A DNA stretch of 62,420 nt, filler included, from Sphacelaria rigidula (taxonomy: Eukaryota), in assembly GCA_964200075.2 (NCBI GenBank). It is 4 parts of 4 records of this genome, joined end to end, with 100 filler letters (N's around TTAATTAATTAA, not from the genome) between each part and the next. Parts side by side here need not be neighbours in the genome. Positions count along the whole stretch, not along the records: positions 46,893 to 62,420 come from CAXNAA020001711.1; 3 more parts are not named here. The stretch is one strand, 5' to 3'. Positions 61,608-62,420 of the stretch are shown piece after piece. Every line of letters starts with the position of its first letter. The stretch's first letter is position 1. A model generated the notes under the pieces. That model worked only from the letters and a program-made list of their open reading frames with translations, ran no database searches and was not told the origin of the DNA. A program made the position numbers and the translations under genes.

Positions 61608-62340
61608 CTTCACATTCAAAAGCGTTCCGATATCTGCGCGGTACATTCATACTGGACATCTGATACGGACGCCTTACGTGGTCACAGGCTTGCTACCTAT
61701 AATATAAGGTACGAGGAAATCAAACAAAACCCACAACACAAAATAGACACGGATACCTTTGATATTTCATGTCCACGTCTGAGCTGCGTTATGGTAGGTT
61801 AAAGAAGGGATGGTTAGCTTCCTTACTTCCCCGGGCTGTGGTATGGTAGCTTAGACAAAAATGATGGTCTGCTTGTTTACTTCATGCCTACTTTCGGGCT
61901 GTGGTACGGTAGGTTGGAGAACATTATGGTTAACTTCTTCAGTTCATGTCTGTGGTCGCGCTGTGTAATGGTGGGTGAAAGAAAAAGGATGGCCAGCTTC
62001 GTCATTCCATGTCTTCGGCTGGGCTGTGTTCAAGTAGGTTGGAGGAAAAGGGTACGTAGCTTCGTTACTTCATATCTATGTTTGGGCTATGTTATTGTAG
62101 GTTAAAGGACAAGGAGGGTCAGCGCTTCTATTTCATGTTCATGTCTGGGCTGTGTATTCGTAGGTTCGAGAAAAAGGATGGCAGCTTCGTTATTCCATGT
62201 CCATGTCTGGACTGTTTTATAGTCGTTTGACGAAAAGGATGGTCAACTAATATATATCATGTTCATGTCTTGGCTGTGTTATAGTAGACTACAGGAAAAG
62301 GATGGTCAGCTTCTGTATTTCATGTCTTTGGTCGGGCTGT
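61155..62340 (+). repeat. Diverged ~59-60-bp tandem satellite (roughly 16 units)
   Basis: Recurrent CATGTCT..GGGCTGTGTTATGGTAGGTT...AAGGATGGTCAGCTTC with a period of ~60 bp. Confidence 0.92.
61570..61760 (-). mobile_element. Short retroposon (LINE/SINE 3' end) with a (CAA)n tail inserted in the satellite
   Basis: (GTT)n at 61570-61607 followed by CTTCACATTCAAAAGCGTTCCGATAT.TGCGCGGTACATTC; the satellite resumes near 61765. Confidence 0.65.
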
Positions 62341-62420
62341 TGTTGTTGTTGTTGTTATTGTCTTCACATTAAAAAACCGTTCCGATATGTGCGCGGTACA
62401 TTCGTACTGGGCATCTGATG
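62338..62420 (-). mobile_element. Second copy of the same (CAA)n-tailed retroposon 3' end, cut by the contig end
   Basis: (GTT)n-GTCTTCACATT...CGTTCCGATATGTGCGCGGTACATTCGTACTGG matches 61606-61664. Confidence 0.7.

Noticed and set aside
61155-62340. CRISPR-like periodicity (~60 bp)
   Set aside because: The whole unit is homologous between copies, with no unique spacers and no cas genes; eukaryotic satellite.

Overview
Repeat-rich eukaryotic DNA with no intact cellular gene that I can support. A brown-alga/stramenopile host is my inference from intron style and TE families, not something shown directly. The window is four contigs (15533, 15530, 15529 and 15528 bp, in decreasing length order) joined by an artificial N44-TTAATTAATTAA-N44 spacer, so adjacency across the spacers means nothing. 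Contig 1 holds a decayed, intron-split Sola2-type DDD transposase (minus strand), MITEs and an unidentified spliced pseudogene. Contig 2 is a mosaic of TE fragments: piggyBac-like TTAA MITEs, foldbacks, a TRIM/SINE-like unit with a tRNA-Met-like core, and an H3TH-nuclease/CXC remnant. Contigs 3 and 4 each carry a diverged, decayed copy of the same large (>13 kb) Ty3/Gypsy retrotransposon. Comparing the two copies gives the most interesting signals: gag and pol lie in one frame separated by a single conserved UGA with conserved downstream pairing (candidate readthrough), and the integrase ends in a chromodomain followed by a Tudor-like domain. Copy 1 also ends in a ~390-bp foldback with a perfect 47-bp stem. 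Nested insertions (a solo LTR with a 5-bp TSD and Sola-type MITEs with 4-bp TSDs) can be mapped to the base.
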